Shown: positions 9,276 through 19,390, counted from the stretch's first letter. The stretch: DNA of 64,000 nt from a bacterium (GCA_009927045.1 RFNT01000062.1:3971-67970); one strand, 5' to 3'. Notes: generated by a model from the letters alone, not told the origin. Numbers and translations are program-made.

Positions 9276-9529
9276 ATGAACTACACCTCAGTACTCATTG
9301 CCTAGCTCTCTCTTTAGCTTCTGTGGGCAGCGCCCAAGTGGTGCTGCCTGCCAGCTCAGATTACAACGACCCTTATACTTATTATCGAGATTGTGTAGAT
9401 AGAAACGGCGAAGAGAACCGATCACTGTGTGAAAACCACACGGGCACGCTTTTTCCTGAAGAAGATAAAGCTCCTGTAGATGCAGAAGACGACTACGCCT
9501 CGGCAGAAACAGTCAACTCTTCCTACTAA
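9276..9529 (+). CDS. Small secreted acidic peptide (about 85 aa), apparently split by a 1-nt frameshift in the signal peptide
   Basis: 'MNYTSVLIA' (ATG 9276, frame 0) plus 'LALSLASVGSAQVVLPASSDYNDPYTYYRDCVDRNGEE...' (listed ORF 9323..9529, frame 2) join into a textbook signal peptide. The break is at a CC run near 9299-9301. Confidence 0.35.
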
Positions 9530-9541
9530 AGGTGGAAAAGA

Positions 9542-11230
9542 CTATGTTCCAGTTCGTGGAGCAATGTATTGGTTTCCGGGTTTTCCTGCCTTCAGATACT
9601 TGATATAAGACACCGCTACAAAAACCACCTGAAGAATTAAGTAAGTAATCACGTAACTCAATCCTCCGGAACCAAAGCCATAGGAATGCAGCCCCACTCC
9701 CAAAACAAAATTAACTCCATACCAGGCCATCACGACTCCCAGGAAAGATAAAACGGTAGCCGCTACAAATCCAAATCCCTTCAGCCATCCAGTAAACCGC
9801 CCATGCAGCACGGCTATATAGAACAGAAGGGCTATCAAAGCCCACACTTCCTTGGGATCCCATCCCCAAAATCTTCCCCAAGAATAGTCGGCCCAAATGC
9901 CTCCTAAGATAGTGCCTGCAGCGAGCAAGATCACCCCAATTTGCATCGCTCGGTACATGAACATGATGTTTTGTTGAATCGCTTCGGTTTGGTGCGGCTT
10001 AAAAATATAGAGTCCCAAATTGAGATTCCCCAAGCAAGTTGCGACGGCAAAGCCGGCATAACTCAAAGTAATGCACAGCACATGAATAGTGAGCCAAAAA
10101 TTACTCCTCAGCACTGGAACTAAAGGATGAATGCCCGGATCGAGAACCGAAGGCAGGTAATCCGCCAGAACCAACCCGGCGATGCTAAACACTAAGCTTG
10201 CAGTCGGAATAATGATGTTTCGATACCCCGTCCAGATCAGCAAAGAAAACAGGATACTCCCCCACGTTACCCAAACCACCGATTCATACATATTTGTCAC
10301 AGGAGGACGACCAGCGATCCAGCAGCGCAAAATAAATCCATAGGTATGCATGAGAAAGCCCGCAAATAAAAATGCGGTACCCACTTTTCTCATCAGCTCA
10401 TTTTTCCCTACGATGCTCACCACTAATGCAATTAACGCTGTTAAATAAATGACCCATGCCCAGCGGAATGGACGTGCGCGGTTATAGTGGATCTCAACAT
10501 TCAACTGTGAAGCCGCAGGATATTGCCCTTGGCCCAACTCTTTTCGCAATAACCCTTCAACTTCCAAGGCTCCAGAATTCCATTCAACCGCCTTTTTGTT
10601 TAAGAAAGCATCAACCATTTTACGGAGTGCAAAAGCAAACTGATCTCGGGCATCGGAGTTATAGGGTAAACTACCGCCATCCGTCAGCGCCGATAGGGGA
10701 AACCAGGCCGCTTCTGAACCTTGGGGGTTCGGCAAAATAACCAGTGCGCTTCCTCCGATGATAGCCTCCAATAGATTTTTCTTATTATCTAACTCGATAG
10801 CTTTTTTTTCGAGATCCGTGAGACGCTCTTTTCGATTTTGTTTCTGAACTGCATCACTCACCATTTTATCAAGGCCTTCGACACTTCTAATTTCAATAGG
10901 CCGAAAGTACTGTCGTTTAATATCTAAATGAAGTGCTTCTTTCAGGGGTTTATAATCCACTCGAACAAACTCTTCGCTATCCCAATCTTTATCAAAAGCA
11001 ACCAACCACCCAAAAGTGACTTCACTAGCTGTTAAGCCTTTCCACGAACTTTTGCCAGTGATGTATAGAACGCTCTCTCGAGCAAACGTATCATACGGTT
11101 TCACACGTCCTCGATCTTGAATGGCCCAAGACTCAACGGATTCCCACGAGAAACCATCTCGCTTTTCAACGCTGGAAAAAGTCACACACGAAAAAATGAG
11201 TCCCAACCAAATCAAAAACGACTTTTTCAT
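9542..11230 (-). CDS. ccsA: Cytochrome c biogenesis protein CcsA/ResC (system II heme lyase subunit)
   Basis: Contains the 'WGRFWGWDPKE' WWD motif, multiple TM helices and a large N-terminal periplasmic domain. Confidence 0.85.
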   Translation of the reverse strand: MKKSFLIWLGLIFSCVTFSSVEKRDGFSWESVESWAIQDRGRVKPYDTFARESVLYITGKSSWKGLTASEVTFGWLVAFDKDWDSEEFVRVDYKPLKEALHLDIKRQYFRPIEIRSVEGLDKMVSDAVQKQNRKERLTDLEKKAIELDNKKNLLEAIIGGSALVILPNPQGSEAAWFPLSALTDGGSLPYNSDARDQFAFALRKMVDAFLNKKAVEWNSGALEVEGLLRKELGQGQYPAASQLNVEIHYNRARPFRWAWVIYLTALIALVVSIVGKNELMRKVGTAFLFAGFLMHTYGFILRCWIAGRPPVTNMYESVVWVTWGSILFSLLIWTGYRNIIIPTASLVFSIAGLVLADYLPSVLDPGIHPLVPVLRSNFWLTIHVLCITLSYAGFAVATCLGNLNLGLYIFKPHQTEAIQQNIMFMYRAMQIGVILLAAGTILGGIWADYSWGRFWGWDPKEVWALIALLFYIAVLHGRFTGWLKGFGFVAATVLSFLGVVMAWYGVNFVLGVGLHSYGFGSGGLSYVITYLILQVVFVAVSYIKYLKAGKPGNQYIAPRTGT

Positions 11231-13041
11231 TGTGTCTCCTTATGGTTTCCCACCAAGATTTTCAAATAGTGCGGATTCATATAAAACATGATCGCAATTC
11301 CCAAAGTCATCAGAAGAGAACCTAAATATTTGAGCACTCTACCGGGATCGTGATTAACTGCGAAGACAGAGACTGCGGGCTGCCCGGGAGACAATTGATA
11401 ACTTGCTTGATAAAAATAGTAGCCTCCATATTTCAAGGGCTCATTCATACTAATAGTCGCTTTTTTATCCGATTGAGCCTTCGGATCTTTTACCGTGACG
11501 TCGCTGATAAAGCTGGCAGCAGTATTAGTCCCAGGATTCGTCCCCATCGTAAACTTATCTAGATAGAGCTGAAAAGGAAGGGTCATCCGGTCACGATGGT
11601 ACTGAACAATCAGATCCCCTGACGAAGCAGCAACACTTTTTCCCATTCCTTCCAAAAGCCAAAAGGCAGGCGTGTTTCCCACGCGCATTCGGACAGCCGT
11701 GAGAAAGGGCTCATCAGCTCCCTGTAAAACTTCGACTGAACGCGGCTCTTCATCCAGCACGGAACTGGGAATCCAGTCTTTGAGGGACAACTCAATGTCC
11801 ATCCAGCCAGTAGCAACTTTCTCTCCGGCTTTGAGTTGCCCTTCTCCATTCACAGCTCCCGCACTTGATAACACGCGATACAATATTTTCGACCGATCCG
11901 CTGATTGCGCTAGGAATAAATGCCCACGCGCCCTGCCCACCCCGCGCAATGACTCTTCTTTTTCAGGACCTCGATAGGATAATGTCACACCCAGAGGATT
12001 TTTCTTGTTTTTAGCCCCTTGGTGGAGCGTATTGAACTCAGGGAACAAAGCAAAGACGGTGTGCTTCTCGGGTGGTGTTGCCTGCCCCATCTCTCTCACT
12101 TCCACTTCTACGGCCGGATTCACCGGTTCCTGGCTTTTGGAAATGAGTTTTTTCCCGTCAACAACAGCGTAAGGCAAATAGCGTTTGACTTGGATTTCTA
12201 ATTTTACTTCTTCCAGTGGTCTCCACTTACCCAATAATTCAGAAACCTGGAGGGCAAAACGCTTCCCTTGAACTTCGATGAGCAAACGCCCCTGATCTTT
12301 TCCTTTTGGCTGAGGAGCCTTAGGCTTTCGCTGAAAAAAAGCCTGCTCATCAGCGCTCGTTTTCAACGCTTCAAATGTCACGATTGCAGGACCTAAATTC
12401 AGTTCTGCTCGCTCGGTTTTTGCTTCTGGCCTTAACCATTGTTCAATTTGGAACCGACTGTTGGTGAGCCCCACTTTAACAGCGGGCAACCCAATCCCTG
12501 GAGTGGGACTGGGAACCATTTTGGTCTCTGGGATCGCGCGAGGGATAAACTTTTCGATTTGGATCTGTTCTCCCCCTGCCAAATCTACTTGCATTAATTT
12601 TCCTACTTTACTCCGGTGGAACTCAGGAACAGAAAACATTTGGGTGGTACCCGTTCGCTGATCGGTTACCGTCAACTTTAAGTCATTCAGGATCACTTCT
12701 TGGCTTTGCTGCTTTTCGGGAATAGGCATATTGCCATCCAATCCGAACTGCTGAGTCACAAAAGCCCCGGCCAAAATCACAATGATTCCTAAATGGGTGA
12801 TCACAAACCCAGTTTGTCGCATTTTCCAGGGGTATCGAGACATGGCTGCGCAGAACACATTGAGCCCCAACAAGAAGAGAACCCCTCCAAACCACCAACG
12901 TTGGTACACCACGATTTGAGAACCACGCATGCCGTAATAGCTACCGACAAAAGTAGCAAAGGCCAAAACGGCAGATAACAGCAACAATGAAAACACTGCC
13001 AACTTTAAGGATGAAAAAAATTTAAAGAGTCCTTTAATCAT
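11227..13041 (-). CDS. ccsB: Cytochrome c biogenesis protein CcsB/ResB
   Basis: ResB-type N-terminus 'MIKGLFKFFSSLKLAVFSLLLLSAVLAF' and a large periplasmic domain. It lies immediately upstream of ccsA with a 4-nt overlap. The listed start (13113) overlaps the upstream gene by 80 nt, so I used the internal Met. Confidence 0.8.
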   Translation of the reverse strand: MIKGLFKFFSSLKLAVFSLLLLSAVLAFATFVGSYYGMRGSQIVVYQRWWFGGVLFLLGLNVFCAAMSRYPWKMRQTGFVITHLGIIVILAGAFVTQQFGLDGNMPIPEKQQSQEVILNDLKLTVTDQRTGTTQMFSVPEFHRSKVGKLMQVDLAGGEQIQIEKFIPRAIPETKMVPSPTPGIGLPAVKVGLTNSRFQIEQWLRPEAKTERAELNLGPAIVTFEALKTSADEQAFFQRKPKAPQPKGKDQGRLLIEVQGKRFALQVSELLGKWRPLEEVKLEIQVKRYLPYAVVDGKKLISKSQEPVNPAVEVEVREMGQATPPEKHTVFALFPEFNTLHQGAKNKKNPLGVTLSYRGPEKEESLRGVGRARGHLFLAQSADRSKILYRVLSSAGAVNGEGQLKAGEKVATGWMDIELSLKDWIPSSVLDEEPRSVEVLQGADEPFLTAVRMRVGNTPAFWLLEGMGKSVAASSGDLIVQYHRDRMTLPFQLYLDKFTMGTNPGTNTAASFISDVTVKDPKAQSDKKATISMNEPLKYGGYYFYQASYQLSPGQPAVSVFAVNHDPGRVLKYLGSLLMTLGIAIMFYMNPHYLKILVGNHKETQ

Positions 13042-13978
13042 GAGACAAAACCTCTGATGAGGAATTGTACCACCGAATACGAATGAAGGGACTGATTTGA
13101 ACCGCTTCATCATTCTCCCAAAAGCTTTTTTTGATGTAGGCCAGTCCCACCCCTCGAGAAGGTTTTTGGGGGTGAACTAAAATCGATTTAAGCTGACCCA
13201 TTTTTTCAGTCCCTTGTGAAATTTCCAAATCGGGAGCTTGGGAAACATCAGTACTGGTGAGCTCAGCTGAAACTCGCAACAGCTTCTTATTCACTTGGCC
13301 ATATGTAAAAATACGCTCAACCACTTCCTGTCCCGGGTAGCACCCCTTGTTTCGGGCCACTGCTTTTTCCAAGCCGGCTTCGAGTACTAATTCGGACTCA
13401 CTGAGCTCCCATCCCAGCCAAGGAACCCCCGCTTGCACTCGAAAAAAATGGAACAGCTGCATCCCTAAACGGGCCAACCCCCGAGCTTCCCAGTTCTGAA
13501 ATTTTTCCATTTGCTGATGACGATCAAAAAAATGCCAGTAAAGACTGGGTCTCCATGCATCCACCCAAACGTTTTGAAGATCCAGAGGTTTTTTATTCCA
13601 AAAACCCACTAAAGCATAATTCTCAGTGCAATCCTTGATGACAAGACGCTCTTGAAAATGAAACTTCTCAAAGTGCTCCAAAGAAAGCTGTCGCTGATTG
13701 GGGGCGGTCATCCACAAGTAACGTTCCGAATGGACTCGGAGCAAATTTCCGATAACTACGACTGTCCCGCGCCCAGTTAAAAAAGCACCTGGAGCGAGCT
13801 GCCCATCTTCCATTGTTTTTAAATTCACTGTGGAAAGTCGTTGCAAAAAGTCTTTGGAATCGGGGCCTTCAATTCCAATCACTCCCCAATCGCTCAGATC
13901 AAAATAACCACCGGATTGGGCCAACTCATAATCGCGCTGATAATCATTCGTCATCAACGAGTCTTGCATAACGGACAC
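13034..13978 (-). CDS. Folate-binding protein, YgfZ/GcvT aminomethyltransferase-like
   Basis: Conserved 'KGCYPGQE' motif of the YgfZ family; 314 aa. Confidence 0.65.
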   Translation of the reverse strand: MSVMQDSLMTNDYQRDYELAQSGGYFDLSDWGVIGIEGPDSKDFLQRLSTVNLKTMEDGQLAPGAFLTGRGTVVVIGNLLRVHSERYLWMTAPNQRQLSLEHFEKFHFQERLVIKDCTENYALVGFWNKKPLDLQNVWVDAWRPSLYWHFFDRHQQMEKFQNWEARGLARLGMQLFHFFRVQAGVPWLGWELSESELVLEAGLEKAVARNKGCYPGQEVVERIFTYGQVNKKLLRVSAELTSTDVSQAPDLEISQGTEKMGQLKSILVHPQKPSRGVGLAYIKKSFWENDEAVQISPFIRIRWYNSSSEVLSHD

Positions 13979-14277
13979 TCACAAAGCGCTCTCAAATGTT
14001 CAAATGTATAAAAACCGGAATCATGACCATCGCTCCACTCTACCTTCAAAGCATAGCGCCCCACCGACTCGATACGTTTCGGCTGTATGTCTGCGGGTAC
14101 CATCTCGTCTTTCAGCAACTCTTCTCGGGTCCATTCATCCACACACACTGCACACCGGCATTTCAAGCGAAGAGTGCGCACATTGAACAAACTTTGATGC
14201 CCGTCATTCCAAACAATCCCTAAATGCTTAGGTCCGACTTGCTTCAACTCTAAGGGCGCTAAACTCATCACTGCCAT
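13954..14277 (-). CDS. DUF971 family protein (gamma-butyrobetaine hydroxylase-like N-terminal domain)
   Basis: 'CRCAVCVDEWT' and 'CECPLC' Cys motifs; a small protein, commonly found next to Mrp/ApbC. Confidence 0.7.
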   Translation of the reverse strand: MAVMSLAPLELKQVGPKHLGIVWNDGHQSLFNVRTLRLKCRCAVCVDEWTREELLKDEMVPADIQPKRIESVGRYALKVEWSDGHDSGFYTFEHLRALCECPLCKTR

Positions 14278-15374
14278 TCCATCGACAAGGTTTTAAACTG
14301 TCCTTCTGTTTTCAATGTCAGAACTGAAAGATGAGCAGCCAACTTCCGAGCGATTTGCTGGTACCTTACCGAAACGCTGGACTGCGGTTGAGCTACGACA
14401 ATTGGGGTTCCGGAATCTGAAGTGTCTGCAATTTCCGGATCCAAAGGAATAGCCCCCAACAACTCGACTCCACCTTCCTGAGCCAATTTCTCACCCCCAC
14501 CTTTTTTGAAAACAGAGGTGACTTCCTGGCAATGACCACATACAAACCCGGACATATTTTCTACAATCCCAAGAATAGGAACTTTCACATTTTGGAACAT
14601 TTTGAGACCTTTACGCGCATCGATCAGACTGACCTCTTGAGGCGTTGTCACTATCACAGCACCGGACAGAGGGGCGCTTTGGCTGATCGTGAGCTGGCAT
14701 CCCAGTTCCAGGCGGCATATCAATCAAGAGATAATCAAGTTCCCCCACTCTACCTGACTCAAAAACTGAGTCAGTGCTCCATGCACCATCGGACCTCGCC
14801 AAACCACAGGTTCTCCGGGAGGAATTAAATACCCCATCGACATCATCTTCACGCCAAACTTCTCAATGGGAATGACCCGTTTTTCTCGGCTCTCAGGCTT
14901 AGCATCCAGTGTTCCCATCATGAGAGGAATGCTAGGACCATAAATATCCGCATCCAAAAGCCCAACCCGAGCACCCTCAGCTGCGAGCGCCATACAGAGA
15001 TTAATCGTTACAGTGCTTTTTCCCACTCCGCCTTTTCCACTAGCGACTGCAATCACATTGCGGACCGAAGGGAGCGCTATACGATTCGCTTGTTGAGCAC
15101 TGCTTCGCACATGAGCTGTCATAGTGACTTCGACCTGTTTTACTTCAGGTAAAGATTTAACGGCGGCTTCACACTGAGCTTTCAATTGCTCTTTCACGGG
15201 ACAAGCCGGTGTGGTCAACTCGACATCAAAGCGCACGTGATCGCCCTCAATTTTCAGATTCTTTACAAAACCTAAGCTCACAATATCTCGATGGAGATCC
15301 GGGTCCTGAACAGTTCGCAATTTTTCCAGTACTTTTTCGGGGGTTAAATCTGTGTTTTTTGATCTGAATAGCAT
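14268..15374 (-). pseudogene. mrp: Fe-S cluster carrier ATPase Mrp/ApbC, reading frame broken by frameshifts at about 14700-14770 (possibly sequencing error)
   Basis: Three listed ORFs in three frames give ..GKGGVGKST..QVEWG | ELDYLLIDMPPGTG | ..QLTISQSAPLSGAVIVTTPQEVSLIDARKG..CGHC. This order matches Mrp. The breaks sit at a G5 run and at GGG/CC runs. Confidence 0.7.
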
Positions 15375-15420
15375 GTCCCGTTTCTAGCACTTCAAAGGAG
15401 CAAAGGAAAGAGATTCAGCT

Positions 15421-16504
15421 TTATTTCAATGGCTTAGCGGAGGGAGGGAGGACTTGGGCAGTGGGTAGCGCTTTAGAGAGAAAAAAACCAAGACTTCCCC
15501 CCAGCAAAAACACCAATGCGAATGCCGCCCACAAGGGCAGCCGACCGTTTCGAGAGGGACGAATCTGGTCTTGATAAGAAACCGTCGGAGCCACTAGAGA
15601 TTCATCATCCAAAAATTTCAAAATGAGGTCGGGAGCATGGTTCGTTTTGTGAGCCCCCAAATAATGCTCCAACCAGGTCACTATTTCATCAATAGTTTCA
15701 AATCGATTTTCTGGCTTTTCTCCAACATTTCTCAATCATTTGGTCAATGCTTCGCGGAATGGCACTATTCATGGCTCGAGCAGAAATAAAGTCACAATCC
15801 CGAATGCGCTGAAACACGGTTTTACTGCCCTCTTCTTTGAAGGGACGAGTACCCGTCAGCATTTCATACAAACAAATGCCCACTAAAAATATATCGGATT
15901 GATAGGTTAAAGGATCTCCCAGCACTTGCTCAGGGGATAAATAGCAGGGAGAGCCCACCATCATTCCTGGACGAGTCAGGGTATGGTTTTCGGTATCCAT
16001 CACGATGCCAAAGTCCATGAGTTTGACTTCCCCTCGAGAAGTCAGACGAATGTTAGACGGCTTAATATCTCGATGGATTAAATGATGCTTGTGAATATAG
16101 GCAAGCCCGCGGCAGACCCCCAACAAAATAGCCAATGCGATTTCAGTGGGAATAGCCCCCACCCGCTGGATGACCTGCGAAAGATCTACTCCTTCAATAT
16201 ATTCCATGAAAATAAAAGCTTCTTTTTCTGACTCGAAAAAATCATAGACATGTGCCACGTTTTGATGGAGCACACCCGCCAAAGCTTTGGCCTCTCTTCT
16301 AAAACGCTCACGAGTTTCAGAGTTTTCCAATAGATGCGGTTTTAAACTTTTGACAGCAACAAAACGATTCAGTTTGGGTTGCTTTGCTTTAAAGACAATT
16401 GCCATTCCTCCCGTTGCCAGCGGCTGAATATCCTCTAGCCCTCCGGGCACGAGTCCTCTGCTCTGCAAGGACAGGGGAATTGCGATGTTCTTTTTATCTT
16501 CCAT
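15421..16504 (-). pseudogene. Ser/Thr protein kinase with C-terminal TM tail, frame broken at about 15700-15735
   Basis: Catalytic domain (ATGGMAIVFKAK, HRDIKPSNI, DFG, SPEQ) in ORF 15698..16504. Subdomain XI 'EKPENRFETIDEI' plus a TM helix continue in ORF 15421..15735 in another frame. The junction 'aaatgttggagaaaagcc' lies at T/A runs. Confidence 0.7.
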
Positions 16505-16574
16505 TCAAGTCCACACTCCGACACCTATGTATCGGTTGACGTGAGGACTTGTCTTAAATGTGAAGATTTTTTCA

Positions 16575-16612
16575 CAAAATAAAAAACCCGCTGCCTCCAT
16601 TATGAAGGCAGC
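16575..16612 (-). terminator. Rho-independent terminator-like hairpin on the minus strand
   Basis: Minus-strand reading 'CCCGCTGCCT tcataatgg AGGCAGCGGG TTTTTTATTTTG' has a 10-bp GC-rich stem followed by a T-run. No annotated minus-strand gene lies immediately upstream of it. Confidence 0.5.
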
Positions 16613-17137
16613 GGGCGAGAGAGGAGTAGTGGTACCACGGCCAGCTATTCACTGAACCGCGACTGCTGTTTGCTATGCAGTGTCTAGTTCTTCAGAGGAA
16701 TTTTCCTCAGAAGAAAAATGGGATCCGACTCCTCGCGGATCTAATCCCCTTTAATTTCTTTCTCCGACCCCCGAATCATTCATTACTGATTCCCTCTGGG
16801 GGTGTGCTTTTTGGGACGGATGCAAATTCAATCCGCCGCCCAAAATCAATCCCACGCAGAGAAAAAGCGCTAAACTGCTGATCACTTCTCGAAGCATTAG
16901 CATGAAGTCGTTTGCCTCCCCAGGCGTTACTTCCACCGAACGAACGAGAGTGCAACTGGATGCCAGAAGGGTTTCTGTAGACTGGCAGAATGCACCCGGG
17001 CACAGCTTAAATATTTGATATTATGCAATTTTCTTGCTCTCCGGAAAGGGCGACAGAAGAGATTCAGTAGCTCTGGCGAATCTGTCAAATTGTTAGTCAC
17101 TCAAGCAAAGAAGGGCGCTTTCCACTATAATGGGGGA

Positions 17138-18166
17138 ATGCGCATTCTCTACATCGGCTCCACCGAGTCCTCTGCGTGCGCTTCTTACTACGCCGACGCA
17201 GCGGAACAACTGGGGCATGAAGTTCACCGGTGGAATCCTCACTTATGGGCTTCGACAACCCCCTGGGAGAAACTCCACCAACGGTTCACGCATCGACCCG
17301 CTGCCCGCGCCTTAACGACTGCTCACGAACAACTGATCGACCAAGTAAAAACTCTCAAAATTGATTTGGTGATGAACATTGCTGAAAATTTCATCCCACT
17401 ACAAACACTTAAGGAAATCAAATCCCTTGCTTCGAAAGCTCCCCGGCTGATGTATCATTCCCATGACAACAATTTTGCACCTGGAATTCTCAAGCCTGAT
17501 GATTTTTTTGATTCACTGGCTGTTTACGATTGTGTTTTCACCACGAAATCTCAAAACCTGCCTCGCTATAAAATGCTTGGACAACCTTATTCTTTTTTTA
17601 TTCCCTCTGCTTTTGAACCAAAATACCACCGCCCTATTTTGTCCGGAGAAAGCCGCTTAGGAAACAAGCAATTTCCCATCAGTTTTGTGGGCACTTACGA
17701 TCGTTCCCGAGATCGTTTTCTTGAGGCTGTTCAGTGGGATCAGTTGTATGTCTGGGGAGACCGTTGGAATCGATTTTCTAAATATAGCAAATACAGAGAC
17801 CATATTGTGCCCCATGCAGTCTACTTCCCTGATTTTGCAGATATTATGAGCCACAGTGAAATTGCTTTAGGACTTCTTCGCGAGGAAGCAGAAGACCGAC
17901 ACACACAACGCACTTTTGAAATTCCAGCCTGCGGCGCTTTTCAATTGGCTCCTAGAAACGATGAGATTTTAAGTTTCTTTGATGAGGATAGAGAAATTGT
18001 CTGTTTTCAATCGCTAGAAGAATTGCAGGACAAAGTGGCTTTTTATTTGAGGCATCCAACTCTGCGGCAGCAGATTGCTCAGGCAGGGCACGTAAAAGTA
18101 ATGCAGTCCCAACACTCTTATTTAGATCGTGTTAAAACAATGTTGACCAAACTATCCCAGTGCTAG
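17138..18166 (+). CDS. Glycosyltransferase, CgeB-like (DUF3880 / glycosyltransferase group-1_2 family)
   Basis: C-terminal 'TQRTFEIPACGAF' motif typical of CgeB-like glycosyltransferases. I chose the 'MRILYIGS' start; an upstream TATAAT sits at 17125-17130. The listed ORF begins at 17015. Confidence 0.6.
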   Translation: MRILYIGSTESSACASYYADAAEQLGHEVHRWNPHLWASTTPWEKLHQRFTHRPAARALTTAHEQLIDQVKTLKIDLVMNIAENFIPLQTLKEIKSLASKAPRLMYHSHDNNFAPGILKPDDFFDSLAVYDCVFTTKSQNLPRYKMLGQPYSFFIPSAFEPKYHRPILSGESRLGNKQFPISFVGTYDRSRDRFLEAVQWDQLYVWGDRWNRFSKYSKYRDHIVPHAVYFPDFADIMSHSEIALGLLREEAEDRHTQRTFEIPACGAFQLAPRNDEILSFFDEDREIVCFQSLEELQDKVAFYLRHPTLRQQIAQAGHVKVMQSQHSYLDRVKTMLTKLSQC

Positions 18167-19390
18167 GCGCTCAGCCACTCGGGCAAGATGAATTTTGGGA
18201 TGCATTTCATAGAACAAACTTTCAAATAATGTACTCTGATCTTTTCGTAAAATTGCTTCCGCCTTAGCAAGATGACTCAGTTCTCCAAATGAATTACTCA
18301 GCGGAATCACTCCCTCCAAACTAGATGTTTTAGGGACTTGGGTAGCAACGGAAGGAACGCCAAAGTACATAGCCTCCAAGATTTTCACTGGAAAAGCCCC
18401 CGAATTAGCTCTGCAATCTCGATACAACATTAAATTAACATCCAATAACTTCCACAAACTCGACAGCTTCTCACGAGGCATCCAATCCTTATAAAAGAAA
18501 TTGGAATGCTTTTGTAACTCCCGGATGACAGCCATTCCATTTGGATTCGTTCTTCCAACAAAAACAAACCCCCAATCCGGCATTTGAGTGACGAATTGTT
18601 TGAGGAGAGTAAAGTCGAACCCCTCCGGAAAGAAGGCTCCTAAATAACCCATGATCTTTTTGGGAAAGTTCGAAGGAACAAGATTCCAAGGACTGTCTAC
18701 ATGAAATACGTGATCATGCAGTTCAACGGGGGGTAAAGCCACCAAAGATTTACCTGGATAGGAGGATTGGAAGAGGTCATCACTGAACGTGTTCTGATTG
18801 AGAATCAACTTCACTTTTTCCGTGAGGGCCTCGCCAGGTTGATGAAGAAAAGCATCATCAAAAACTGAATAGACATCAATGTTCTCACACCGCTCAGCGA
18901 CTCGTTCATCCAAACTCCCCTGCACCCAAATCAAGGGATTTGATTCCGAGCAAATTTTTTTAATTTGTTGAGACTGCCACCGGACACTCAAAGCATCTAT
19001 CGACTTGAGCCTTCGCCCTGGAGGGCACTGCAACTGTTTAACTTCGAGAAGAGGAGAAGCGAGAGAAACTAGTGGGCGGTATCGTTTCCAACTCATTCCG
19101 TCCAGCCAAGTCACACGAACCCCATAATCTACTAAGGTCTTGGCTAGACTTTGTTGAACAAAACCGAAGGTATCCCAAAATCGATAGCGATCACTTAAAA
19201 ATAAAATGTGTCCCCGTTTTCTAAAAAATGGAAGAGCTTGCTGCCAACGCTCCTCAATAGCTTGAAGCACTGACTTTGAAATGGGACTCAATTGTGCAAG
19301 TTTTGGAAGCATAAGAGTGTGAGAAAGGAATTGTTTTAATATCGTCACACTTTCATAACCTCTTAAATTGCGCTGCGCATCCTTATCCAC
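18152..19390 (-). CDS. Glycosyltransferase (GT1/GT4-like C-terminal domain)
   Basis: C-terminal 'FPVKILEAMYFGVPSVAT' resembles the group-1 glycosyltransferase nucleotide-sugar binding region. Confidence 0.5.
   Translation of the reverse strand: MDKDAQRNLRGYESVTILKQFLSHTLMLPKLAQLSPISKSVLQAIEERWQQALPFFRKRGHILFLSDRYRFWDTFGFVQQSLAKTLVDYGVRVTWLDGMSWKRYRPLVSLASPLLEVKQLQCPPGRRLKSIDALSVRWQSQQIKKICSESNPLIWVQGSLDERVAERCENIDVYSVFDDAFLHQPGEALTEKVKLILNQNTFSDDLFQSSYPGKSLVALPPVELHDHVFHVDSPWNLVPSNFPKKIMGYLGAFFPEGFDFTLLKQFVTQMPDWGFVFVGRTNPNGMAVIRELQKHSNFFYKDWMPREKLSSLWKLLDVNLMLYRDCRANSGAFPVKILEAMYFGVPSVATQVPKTSSLEGVIPLSNSFGELSHLAKAEAILRKDQSTLFESLFYEMHPKIHLARVAERLALG

Noticed and set aside
13954-15374. DUF971-Mrp adjacency as a novel association
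   Set aside because: This pairing is already widely observed (DUF971 is often fused or adjacent to Mrp/ApbC), so it is not new.
16675-17003. ORFs 16675..16881(+), 16751..16936(-), 16776..17003(-) in the kinase/glycosyltransferase intergenic region
   Set aside because: No RBS and no recognisable motifs. I kept them only as possible explanations for the minus-strand terminator (see findings), not as called genes.
17015-17137. Longer N-terminus (MILCNFLALRKGRQ...) for the CgeB-like glycosyltransferase
   Set aside because: No RBS. A -10-like TATAAT at 17125-17130 would fall inside it, and homologs start near 'MRILYIGS'. I kept the shorter start, though the SD spacing there is also poor, so the start remains uncertain.
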